From an uncultured Candidatus Saccharibacteria bacterium (lineage in GTDB: Bacteria > Patescibacteriota > Minisyncoccia > UBA6257 > 1-14-0-10-40-38), in NCBI GenBank assembly GCA_964543265.1, contig CAZIWN010000001.1, positions 104,577 to 168,576 on the forward strand: a stretch of DNA of 64,000 bases, given 5' to 3'. This document shows, piece by piece, positions 9,422 through 17,855 of the stretch. A program made the position numbers and the translations under genes. The first letter of the stretch is position 1, and the number at the start of each line of letters is the position of its first letter. Under the pieces are notes generated by a model. The model was not told where the DNA came from. It did not search any database and was given only the letters and a program-made list of their open reading frames with translations.

Positions 9422-9433
9422 TTCAAGGTCTCA

Positions 9434-9474
9434 AAATCCCGCGCATGAGGTAAGTCCAAAGCGCGGGTTTTTTA
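9434..9474. terminator. Bidirectional terminator CCCGCGC...GCGCGGG flanked by A- and T-tracts.
   Basis: Sits between convergent genes. Confidence 0.75.
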
Positions 9475-9885
9475 ATTCAAAAACAAATACGCCCAAATTG
9501 CTACGAAAAGAATGGGCAAAAATAGGAGCCAATTCCATAAGCGGTTTTTTCCAATCAAAACATCTTTAACAGATCCTTCTTTATGTGGCCACATCTGAAA
9601 ATCTTCATATCCAAGTTCTTTTTCAATCGCCCCGATTCTTCTAATCCAGGCATCTCTCCAAAGTTTCTGTTTCCTTAATAAGAAAAACCAATAGAAAGAC
9701 AGGATTAATCCCGTAAGCTGGGCGATATGTAGATATTCTGGGCTGACTTTGCCGGCAAATATCGCCACAAAGATGGCGCTTTCAATCGCAAAGAAAAAAT
9801 TGTATAGGCGATACAGCCCATCTATTTCAGATCGAACTTGAGCGATAAACCGATCATACTGCTTCTCCAAAAATTCTTTATTCAT
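9472..9885 (-). CDS. Hypothetical membrane protein of 137 aa.
   Basis: Two to three TM helices. The start overlaps the upstream gene by ATGA. Confidence 0.5.
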   Translation of the reverse strand: MNKEFLEKQYDRFIAQVRSEIDGLYRLYNFFFAIESAIFVAIFAGKVSPEYLHIAQLTGLILSFYWFFLLRKQKLWRDAWIRRIGAIEKELGYEDFQMWPHKEGSVKDVLIGKNRLWNWLLFLPILFVAIWAYLFLN

Positions 9886-10463
9886 TTTACATCAGTTTTT
9901 CTTTCTACTTTTAGAAGGGAGCTTGGAAATTCAACCGTCAACTTAGCCAATAAGTTCATTGGATTTTTATTGTTTTTATCAAATCTAAACTGTTCGTCTT
10001 CAAAATCTAGGAAAATTTGAGAATAATCATCCTTGGTTTGCTTACCTTTTATTTTCTCTCCAAAATATATAACCGCCATTCTCTTGCCATTTTTTTCACC
10101 AAGTCTTGCTTGTACCCAATAATTATCATCTTCAGCTTCGTCTATTACTTTAGTTGGGGGTAAATCAAGAGAGTGTATTGTGTAATCTAATGTGAGATAT
10201 CCATGCCAAGCTTTTTCTACATCTTTTCTGATCTGTCGATGATCTTTTTTGCATTCGTATTTTTTATCACATTTAACACATAAATAGCTATTTAATTCTT
10301 TATCTAAAATGTTGTGGCAATTCTGGTTTGGACAAAGAGGATTATCCCCAATAAATGCGACGCCATTTGGAGCAATAACTGGCATCCACAAAACCCCATG
10401 ACTTTTATATAATCTTTTTTCCTCCATATTATCTATAACTTGTTGGGCGGTGAGGCCTATCAA
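9882..10463 (-). CDS. Hypothetical protein of 193 aa with Cys/His clusters (CPNQNCHN, CVKCDKKYEC).
   Basis: ORF in native AT-rich sequence. Translationally coupled to its neighbours. Confidence 0.5.
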   Translation of the reverse strand: MIGLTAQQVIDNMEEKRLYKSHGVLWMPVIAPNGVAFIGDNPLCPNQNCHNILDKELNSYLCVKCDKKYECKKDHRQIRKDVEKAWHGYLTLDYTIHSLDLPPTKVIDEAEDDNYWVQARLGEKNGKRMAVIYFGEKIKGKQTKDDYSQIFLDFEDEQFRFDKNNKNPMNLLAKLTVEFPSSLLKVERKTDVK

Positions 10464-10620
10464 GTAGTTCTCCGTTAGGATCTCTTAATATTGTTAAATT
10501 TCCACAATTAGGACAAATTTCTAGATTTACAGAAGATCCCTTATTAATTTCAATCTTTCCCCTAAAAGAACAGTTTTTACAAAAAACATATTCATTGTAA
10601 GTAGTTTTATTATCTGTCAT
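10429..10620 (-). CDS. Small zinc-ribbon protein of 63 aa (CxxC...CPNC).
   Basis: Two CxxC pairs. First gene of a three-gene minus-strand operon. Confidence 0.5.
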   Translation of the reverse strand: MTDNKTTYNEYVFCKNCSFRGKIEINKGSSVNLEICPNCGNLTILRDPNGELLDRPHRPTSYR

Positions 10621-10702
10621 ATTTTTTTTAGATATTTTTTAACCCTTGTAATAAGTCTACAAATCAACGAAGACACTTGCAATAGATGATATAATTTATC
10701 AA

Positions 10703-11437
10703 ATGGCTAGGCTTAACGGAAAAAACAGTGGCTATTCCAATAAAATGGAAAAAACTACAAATATATTTTCTATTATTTGGTTATTAATGATTTTCTGGTT
10801 ATTTTATATATATTTTAAAAATATAAATAAAATTAATAATTTTCCAAGCCTAATTACTGCTTTAATTATTTTTAGTCCATTAACTGCATTTACCTATATT
10901 CAAATTATAAAATGGCAGAAAATTTCTAAAAAATTTCATCAAGGACAAGTCGGCGAAGCTTTAGTTCTTTTAGAATTATTAAAATTGCCGGACAATTATT
11001 CCATACTCCAAGACATAAAGTTTAATGGCGAATATTGGAATACTGATTTTGTTGTAATTGGTCCAACTGGGATTTTCACTATAGAGGTAAAAAGTCATAA
11101 GGGGTTTATTGAATTTAATAAAATAGAAAGACAGTTAACAATAAATAACTTACCATTTGAAAAAAATATTATATTTCAAGCAAACAGACAAGCAATGGGA
11201 TTACGAAGGTATTTAATGGAGTCAATAAATTTTTTTACACATATTAATCCCGTTATTGTTTTTTCAAGCTATTTTACTAAAATGCGCTTTGGTATGAAGT
11301 CAGTTGCTGATACGGGAGTTCAAGTTATTCAAAAAAGATGGCTAAGAAAAGTTATAGAAAAAGGAACAGGAAATCTAGATAATGAAATTATCTTAAAAAT
11401 AGAAAAAGCGATGATTAATTTAACATCTTTAAATTAA
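10703..11437 (+). CDS. Membrane-anchored NERD (nuclease-related domain) protein.
   Basis: N-terminal TM helices, then GEALVL..L..LPDNY.ILQDIKF......DFVVIGPTGIFTIEVKSHKG, which matches the NERD signature. Confidence 0.7.
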   Translation: MARLNGKNSGYSNKMEKTTNIFSIIWLLMIFWLFYIYFKNINKINNFPSLITALIIFSPLTAFTYIQIIKWQKISKKFHQGQVGEALVLLELLKLPDNYSILQDIKFNGEYWNTDFVVIGPTGIFTIEVKSHKGFIEFNKIERQLTINNLPFEKNIIFQANRQAMGLRRYLMESINFFTHINPVIVFSSYFTKMRFGMKSVADTGVQVIQKRWLRKVIEKGTGNLDNEIILKIEKAMINLTSLN

Positions 11438-11442
11438 TCTTT

Positions 11443-12048
11443 CTATGTCTTATCTTTTCTAAATTTTCTAAGCACAAAATATAAAATCACCACAAACACC
11501 GCCCCAGAGACATCCATCAGCATATCTTTTTGTGCATCCCAAATATCTCCCTGCGAACCCAAGAAAGCCGCCCCAGCATCTCCTCCCCAAATTTCTGCAT
11601 ATATCCACTCAATCCATTCATAAAGAACTGCCACAAAAGATATGGTAAAAATCGCATAAGTTGAAGCAATCCATTTTTTAGCCACAAGATTTCTACTTAA
11701 AAGATATTCCATTATAGGCAGGGCATAGAAGCCAACGGTAAAATGGGCAACTCGGTCAAACATATTCCTCTCAAAACCAAATAAATTTCCAAACCAATCA
11801 AATGGAACTTTTTCAAAAGTATAGTGTCCACCGATGGTATGTAAAAACGGCAAGACAAACATAAAAGCATAAGCCGTATTAGAAAAACGAATATTCTTAA
11901 AGTATAAAAATACGATAAAAGCGACGAGTATAAAAATCGGCCCATTCTCCGCATACCAAACATCTCGCGAAAATGGATGAATTCCCGCAATTATAAATTC
12001 AATAACATATATAGCCAGTAATAAGTGCGGAAAATACTTTTTAAGCAT
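11443..12048 (-). CDS. DUF2238/YjdF-family membrane protein.
   Basis: Motif GGHYTFEKVPF..W......RN.FDR..HF..GF. Confidence 0.5.
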   Translation of the reverse strand: MLKKYFPHLLLAIYVIEFIIAGIHPFSRDVWYAENGPIFILVAFIVFLYFKNIRFSNTAYAFMFVLPFLHTIGGHYTFEKVPFDWFGNLFGFERNMFDRVAHFTVGFYALPIMEYLLSRNLVAKKWIASTYAIFTISFVAVLYEWIEWIYAEIWGGDAGAAFLGSQGDIWDAQKDMLMDVSGAVFVVILYFVLRKFRKDKT

Positions 12049-12053
12049 TACCT

Positions 12054-13205
12054 TTATTTAATCACTTTCGCCACAGTCTTCACAAGTCGTTTATCAAAAA
12101 TCTTTGGCACGATATTTTGCTCTGTTGGTTTCTTAATTAATTTAGCAATTTCTCTCGCGGCTTTAATTTTCATCTCATCAGTTATTTTATTGACTCTATT
12201 ATCTAAGGCGCCCCTAAATACTCCAGGGAACACTTGCGCATTATTAAGCTGATTTGGAAAATCGCTTCTTCCAGTTGCCACAATTCTCGCTCCGGCTTTA
12301 AGTGCCTCCTCTGGCATAATCTCTGGCACTGGGTTGGCCAAAGTAAAAACGATCGAATCTTTATTCATAGAAGCGATCATCTCTGGGGTAACCAAATTCG
12401 GCCCAGAAACGCCGATAAATACATCGGCACCCATAAATGCGTCACTTGCCGTGCCAGTTTTATTATCTCTATTAGTAATAGAAGCTAATTCTGCTTTTTC
12501 TGCGGTTATGTCAGCGCGGTTTTTATGAATTATTCCAGAACGATCCAAAACTAAAATATTTTTAACTCCCGCCAAAAGCAAAATCTTAGTTATTGCCGTT
12601 CCAGCTGCTCCGGCTCCACTAATAACAACTCTCACATTTTCAATTTTCTTTTTTACCACCTTCAAAGCATTTAATAATCCTGCTAAAACAATAATTGCCG
12701 TGCCGTGTTGATCATCGTGCATCACTGGAATTGATAATTCTTCTTTTAATCTCCTTTCAATTTCAAAACATCGCGGAGCAGAAATATCTTCCAAATTAAT
12801 TCCTCCAAAAGCAGGGGATATCGCTTTTATGGTTTTTATTATCTCTTCTGTGTCTTGGGTATTTAAAACAATCGGCACCGCATCGATATTGGCAAACTTT
12901 TTAAACAACAAACATTTCCCCTCCATCACTGGCAACGCTCCTTCTGGACCAATATTCCCTAAGCCTAAAACTGCCGAACCGTCGGAAATCACCGCCACGC
13001 TATTTCCTTTCATTGTATAGTCTCGTGTCTTTTCTTTATTTTTGGCCACAAACGAACTCACCGCTCCAACTCCAGGGGTATAAGCCAAGCTCAAATCTTC
13101 CATATTGCGAATCGGCACCTTGCTTTCAATTGCAAAAACTCCAGTATGTTTTAAATGTAGCGCCAAAGATTTTTTATTTATCTTTTCAAGATTTCTTTTT
13201 TTCAT
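12054..13205 (-). CDS. NAD(P)-dependent malic enzyme, short form.
   Basis: Motif LAYTPGVG...ISDGSAVLGLGNIGPEGALPVMEGK, plus a Rossmann fold GAGAAG. Confidence 0.9.
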   Translation of the reverse strand: MKKRNLEKINKKSLALHLKHTGVFAIESKVPIRNMEDLSLAYTPGVGAVSSFVAKNKEKTRDYTMKGNSVAVISDGSAVLGLGNIGPEGALPVMEGKCLLFKKFANIDAVPIVLNTQDTEEIIKTIKAISPAFGGINLEDISAPRCFEIERRLKEELSIPVMHDDQHGTAIIVLAGLLNALKVVKKKIENVRVVISGAGAAGTAITKILLLAGVKNILVLDRSGIIHKNRADITAEKAELASITNRDNKTGTASDAFMGADVFIGVSGPNLVTPEMIASMNKDSIVFTLANPVPEIMPEEALKAGARIVATGRSDFPNQLNNAQVFPGVFRGALDNRVNKITDEMKIKAAREIAKLIKKPTEQNIVPKIFDKRLVKTVAKVIK

Positions 13206-13303
13206 AAATTTTAGTAGTTACATTCTATCATCTTAATTAGATTCAAAACTAGGCTTAAAAGCGCATATTTTTTAATTTTTTAAAAATAATCTACAATAGG
13301 TAT

Positions 13304-13696
13304 ATGAATAAATTTTTTAAAGATATTGGTGCTATCTTAAGCGGATTTATAAGCGTTGTTATTTTATCTGTCGGGACAGATGCCTTATTAGAGAAATTAA
13401 ATATATTTCCATCAGCGAGTGAAGGATTATTTGTTACTTGGATGTTGGTTCTGGCTTTTATATATAGAAGCATTTACGCGATTGTTGGTGGATACGTGAC
13501 AGCCAAATTAACTTCAACTAACCCAATGCGCAATGTTAAGATACTCGGATTTCTAGGAATCATAGGAGGAGTCGCTGGCGTGGTGGCTGGTTGGAATTTA
13601 TCTGATCATTGGTATCCGATTGCGCTCGCCGTCACGGCGTTTCCACTAACTTGGTTTGGTGGTAAATTAAAAAAAGATCAGCAACAAGTAAATTAA
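13304..13696 (+). CDS. Small membrane protein.
   Basis: Four hydrophobic helices. Confidence 0.5.
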   Translation: MNKFFKDIGAILSGFISVVILSVGTDALLEKLNIFPSASEGLFVTWMLVLAFIYRSIYAIVGGYVTAKLTSTNPMRNVKILGFLGIIGGVAGVVAGWNLSDHWYPIALAVTAFPLTWFGGKLKKDQQQVN

Positions 13697-13698
13697 AA

Positions 13699-13728
13699 AA
13701 ATCGCCCCCAAAGGGGCATTTTTTTATA
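13699..13728 (+). terminator. Terminator GCCCC caaa GGGGC followed by a T-tract.
   Basis: Read from the sequence. Confidence 0.7.
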
Positions 13729-13797
13729 AATATTTTTTACTCAAAAGTTATTAACACTTTACTTGCATAAAGCACTTTATTCTGCTAAAGTTAATGT

Positions 13798-14115
13798 ATG
13801 ATTAATTGGAGCAGTAAAGAAATTGAAAAATTAGTTACAGCAATTCTTCTTTTAGAAACAGAAGAAGATGCCAAAACATTTTTAAGAGATTTAATGACAG
13901 AAAAGGAAATTAGAGAATTTTCAAAACGCTTACAAGTCGCAGAAATGCTTAGTAATAAAATCTCTTATTCAGTTATTGAAAAAGAAACAGGTTTAAGCTC
14001 AACCACAATTGCCAGAGTTGCCAAATGGCTAAACGGCAAAGAGGGTGGATATAAAAATATTTTAGATAAACTGCATCGCCATAGCGCCTTACAGGTCGGT
14101 AGAAGGTTGTCTTAA
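13798..14115 (+). CDS. TrpR-like YerC/YecD family DNA-binding protein.
   Basis: Motif ...EEDAKTFLRDLMTEKEIREFSKRLQVAEML.......IEKETGLSSTTIARV. Confidence 0.75.
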   Translation: MINWSSKEIEKLVTAILLLETEEDAKTFLRDLMTEKEIREFSKRLQVAEMLSNKISYSVIEKETGLSSTTIARVAKWLNGKEGGYKNILDKLHRHSALQVGRRLS

Positions 14116-14216
14116 TGTTGGATAAATCATTAAGCTAACCTTCTCCTGAGTTGGAGAAAAGGGTCTGCTGGTCACCCTAAAAGACTAGCAACGGTTCTTT
14201 GACAAGGGAGAGAGTC

Positions 14217-14417
14217 ATGAACAGTCACATGCACCCGCACGATCACGATCACGGCGTTCGCGCTTCCGACGATCGGCATCACGGTGTTCACGGCGACCAC
14301 AGTGATCACAGCGACAGTGGCCACAGGCACCACAGGGGTGCGCACGGTCACGATCACAAGGCGCACGGTCACCACCACGGGTCGGTCCACAAGCAGAAGA
14401 GGGGCGGCGCGCACTGA
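14217..14417 (+). CDS. Histidine-rich 66-aa peptide (about 38% His) with GC-rich codons; likely metal binding.
   Basis: SD site AAGGGAG lies 6 nt upstream of the ATG at 14217. The run is MNSHMHPHDHDHG...HGHDHKAHGHHHGSVH. A terminator follows. Confidence 0.55.
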   Translation: MNSHMHPHDHDHGVRASDDRHHGVHGDHSDHSDSGHRHHRGAHGHDHKAHGHHHGSVHKQKRGGAH

Positions 14418-14493
14418 TTTCGTATTCCGCGATTTGTCAGAGATGTCATCATGAAGTCTTTTCCAAGTCCGAAGTCCGGTATTCAATACGAAA

Positions 14494-14538
14494 AAGGAGT
14501 TGATCACGATACGTCGAGATCAACTCCTTTTAATTTTT
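14494..14538. terminator. Bidirectional terminator AAGGAGTTGATC...GATCAACTCCTT followed by a T-tract.
   Basis: 12-bp perfect stem. Confidence 0.8.
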
Positions 14539-14775
14539 AAATAAAGATATTTTATCAACTCTTTTTAGTTTTTTAATCGCTGCCTCTCTCTGTTTAGCTT
14601 CTCGTAAAGTTTCAAAAGTTTCGTGATATACAAGCTTAACCGGACGGCGTATCTTCGTGTAGTGCGCCCCAGATTTTAATTCATTATGTTCTCTCAATCT
14701 TTTTTCTAAGTTATTAGTTGATCCTACGTAAAGTGTTTTATCTGCGCATTCAAGAATATAGGTAAAATATGGCAT
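14530..14775 (-). CDS. Stand-alone GIY-YIG domain protein (YhbQ/UPF0213-like).
   Basis: Motif YFTYILECADKTLYVGSTNNLEKRLREHN. Confidence 0.85.
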   Translation of the reverse strand: MPYFTYILECADKTLYVGSTNNLEKRLREHNELKSGAHYTKIRRPVKLVYHETFETLREAKQREAAIKKLKRVDKISLFKN

Positions 14776-14781
14776 TGCGGC

Positions 14782-14851
14782 TGCGGGACCTGGGCTCGAA
14801 CCAGGATACCAGCTTTCAGAGAGCTGTGTCCTACCATTAGACGATCCCGCA
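14782..14851 (-). tRNA. tRNA-Gln (anticodon CUG) with a U1:A72 pair; CCA is not encoded.
   Basis: Cloverleaf folded by hand: acceptor TGCGGGA/TCCCGCA, U8, anticodon stem CAGCT/AGCTG with loop CTCTGAA, and T-arm CTGG TTCGAGC CCAG. Confidence 0.8.
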
Positions 14852-14923
14852 ATATAAATAGGGTATAACCCTACTTCGTTTTTATAGTATAATTAAACCA
14901 ACTCATTTAGACAAATAAATCTG

Positions 14924-16255
14924 ATGTCATTTTTTTCTAGAAAAAAAACTCAAAAAGTAGAAGAAGAGAGGGTTTTAACTCAAGAAGAGAACGTTAAAAA
15001 ATTCCTTAGTGAAAGCCAGGGCCAAGAAAAAGATAAAAAACCAGAAGACGTTAAAACTCAAGCAGAAAATCAGAGCCAAGTTTCTATTATTAGAATAGTT
15101 GATCACTTAGTTTTAAACGCTTACGAAGCCGGAGCCTCTGATATTCATATCGACCCAGAAGAACACCAAATTAGAGTGCGCTTTAGGATAGACGGTATTT
15201 TACACGACCAATACACGTTTCCCAAAGACGTTCTTTCCGAAATTATAACCAGAATAAAAATTCTTTCAGGGCTAAGAACAGACGAACACCAAAAACCTCA
15301 AGACGGAAGATTTAAAGTTCCAATCAATGAAAAGAAAAACGAATTTATAGACGTCCGTGTATCCATTGCCCCAACTTATTATGGGGAAAATTGTGTTATG
15401 AGGCTTCTTGCAGAAACTGGTCAAATATTCTTTTTGGAAAATTTAGGTTTCTCTCCAGAAAATATTGAAAAAGTTTATCGCGCTATTAAAAAACCATACG
15501 GAATGATTCTAGCCACCGGTCCAACTGGATCCGGAAAAAGCTCAACTCTTTATGCAATTTTAAAGAAACTAAATACTAAAGATGTTTCAATTATTACCGT
15601 TGAAGACCCTATTGAATATTCAATCCAAGGAATAGACCAAATTCAGGTAAATAACACCACGGGATTAACATTTGCCCAAGGATTGCGTTTCATCTTGAGG
15701 CAAGATCCAAATATAATAATGGTAGGAGAAATCCGCGACGCCGAAACTGCTGGAATTGCTATTAACGCTTCTATGACTGGTCACTTATTGCTTTCAACCC
15801 TCCACACAAACGATGCCATCACAACTCTTCCAAGGTTGCTTGATATGGGCATTGAGCCATTTTTGATTGCTTCAACAATGAGTATCGCCATAGGTCAAAG
15901 ACTTGTGAGAACAATCTGTAAAGAGTGCAAAGTGGCAAAAACTTTAACCGAAAAAGAAATTTCTGCTGTCGGTGATGAAAATATTGCTAAATTTTTAAGA
16001 AAAAATAGTGATTTATATGTCGGTGTTGGATGTAAAAAATGCGATATGAGCGGATTTAAAGGTAGAGTTGGCATTCAGGAGGTTTTAGAGGTTAACGAAG
16101 AGATTAAAGATTTAATAATGAAACGCGCCAGCGCGAGCGAAGTTAAGGCAGCCGCTATTAGACACGGTATGAAAACCATGCTTGAAGATGGGTTGGAAAA
16201 AGTTAAAAACGGATTGACCACCATAGAAGAGGTCTTAAGAGTGTTTAGTGAATAA
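14924..16255 (+). CDS. pilB: Type IV pilus/type II secretion assembly ATPase (PilB/GspE family).
   Basis: Walker A GPTGSGKSS, Asp/His boxes and a tetracysteine motif. Confidence 0.9.
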   Translation: MSFFSRKKTQKVEEERVLTQEENVKKFLSESQGQEKDKKPEDVKTQAENQSQVSIIRIVDHLVLNAYEAGASDIHIDPEEHQIRVRFRIDGILHDQYTFPKDVLSEIITRIKILSGLRTDEHQKPQDGRFKVPINEKKNEFIDVRVSIAPTYYGENCVMRLLAETGQIFFLENLGFSPENIEKVYRAIKKPYGMILATGPTGSGKSSTLYAILKKLNTKDVSIITVEDPIEYSIQGIDQIQVNNTTGLTFAQGLRFILRQDPNIIMVGEIRDAETAGIAINASMTGHLLLSTLHTNDAITTLPRLLDMGIEPFLIASTMSIAIGQRLVRTICKECKVAKTLTEKEISAVGDENIAKFLRKNSDLYVGVGCKKCDMSGFKGRVGIQEVLEVNEEIKDLIMKRASASEVKAAAIRHGMKTMLEDGLEKVKNGLTTIEEVLRVFSE

Positions 16256-16266
16256 ATAAAATTAAA

Positions 16267-17310
16267 ATGTTTGGAATTTCACTTCAAGAAAAAACTTTAT
16301 TCTGCAGGCATATGGCCATCGCCCTAAAATCAGGAATGAGCCTTATTGATGGGCTGAAAATGATTAAGAATCAATCTGATTCTGGTCAGATGAAAAAAAT
16401 TGCCGAGCATTTAATCGGAACGGTTGAAAAAGGGGAATTTTTATCTAAAGGATTAGAAAAATACGAAAAAGTTTTCGGAAATTTATTCGTTAATATTATT
16501 CGCATTGCCGAGACGAGCGGAACTTTGCCCGAAAATTTAAATTATCTCGCTGAAGAATTAAAAAAGAAGCAGGAAATTATTTCTAAGGTTAGGGGAGCCA
16601 TGGTTTATCCAATAATCATTATGATAGTCACGATTTCTATGGCTGTTTTTATGATGATCTTCATTTTCCCTAAGATGTTGCCTATTTTTAAGGGATTAAA
16701 AGTTGATCTTCCTCTTTCTACAAAAATATTAATAGTTGTAGCTAACGCTGTTAATTCTTATGGATTATATATGTTAGGAGGATCGATAGCTCTTTTTGTA
16801 GGTTTTAGATTGATGTTGAATTGGAAAGGTTTTAGATATCCTATGCACTGGTTGTTGCTTAAGCTTCCAATTGTCGGAAAAATTTCTCAAGAAGTTAATC
16901 TCGCAAACATTTCAAGAACCCTCTGGCTCCTTTTAAGAGGAGGAATCAAAATTGTTGAGGGAGTTAATATTGTGGGCGATACGCTTCAAAACGCCGTTTT
17001 TAGGGAATATTTAAAAAAATCATCAAACACCATAAGGAGCGGAAAATTTCTTTCAGAAGCTTTATATGAAAAAAAATCTCTTTTTCCATTCGTTTTTTCA
17101 AATATGATTTCGGTTGGTGAAAGCACGGGAAATTTAACAGAAAATTTAAAATATTTATCAGAATATTATGATTCTGAAGTTGATGAATACTTAAAAAATT
17201 TATCCAGCACCTTAGAACCAATTCTTTTGGTATTTATGGGTGTCATTGTAGGATTTATTGCTATTTCGTTTATAACCCCAATTTATAAACTCACCCAAGG
17301 AGTAAGATAA
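16267..17310 (+). CDS. pilC: Type IV pilus platform protein (PilC/GspF family).
   Basis: Two GspF repeats (IAETSGTLPENL / VGESTGNLTENL) and three TM segments. Confidence 0.85.
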   Translation: MFGISLQEKTLFCRHMAIALKSGMSLIDGLKMIKNQSDSGQMKKIAEHLIGTVEKGEFLSKGLEKYEKVFGNLFVNIIRIAETSGTLPENLNYLAEELKKKQEIISKVRGAMVYPIIIMIVTISMAVFMMIFIFPKMLPIFKGLKVDLPLSTKILIVVANAVNSYGLYMLGGSIALFVGFRLMLNWKGFRYPMHWLLLKLPIVGKISQEVNLANISRTLWLLLRGGIKIVEGVNIVGDTLQNAVFREYLKKSSNTIRSGKFLSEALYEKKSLFPFVFSNMISVGESTGNLTENLKYLSEYYDSEVDEYLKNLSSTLEPILLVFMGVIVGFIAISFITPIYKLTQGVR

Positions 17311-17401
17311 TCCCGATTTTAAATTGCGAAGTAATATTAAAATCGAGGATCCCGATCTCTCTGATATAATTATAAAGAACATCGGGAAAATAAGAATTAA
17401 G

Positions 17402-17851
17402 ATGAAAAATAAAAAAACAAATTCTATCTATGGATTCAGCCTTACAGAGCTTATTCTTACTATGGGTATTATGATTACCATATTTGCCCTAACTATTCCC
17501 TTTATCTCAAAGCAATTTTCATATTTTGATCTTTCGGTTGAAAGAGACCGCTTAGTTGCCAATCTTCGAAGAGCAAGAATTATGGCCATGACTAATAGAA
17601 ATTCTTTACCTCACGGGCTCTATGTTGCTTCAAGCACTTTTTATGTTTTTGAAGGAACATCTTTCGCATCCAGAAATCAATCTTATGACGAATCCTATGA
17701 CAGGAGGCCAGAGGTTGGAATCTCCGGCGGGCCAGAAGTTGTTTTTACTTCTCTTTCGGGAACTACATCTAGTTCAACTTTTATATTAACTTCGCAATCT
17801 AACAGTGCAACGGTAGTCGTAAATCCAGAAGGTGGCGTATCTTATTATTAA
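17402..17851 (+). CDS. Prepilin-type pilin or pseudopilin.
   Basis: N-terminal G|FSLTELIL cleavage/methylation motif followed by a hydrophobic helix. Confidence 0.7.
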   Translation: MKNKKTNSIYGFSLTELILTMGIMITIFALTIPFISKQFSYFDLSVERDRLVANLRRARIMAMTNRNSLPHGLYVASSTFYVFEGTSFASRNQSYDESYDRRPEVGISGGPEVVFTSLSGTTSSSTFILTSQSNSATVVVNPEGGVSYY

Positions 17852-17855
17852 AAAT

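Noticed and set aside
14440-14530. 29-aa ORF (MKSFPSPKSGIQYEKGVDHDTSRSTPFNF) downstream of the His-rich gene.
   Set aside because: There is no SD site and it runs into the terminator stem. It is probably 3' UTR.
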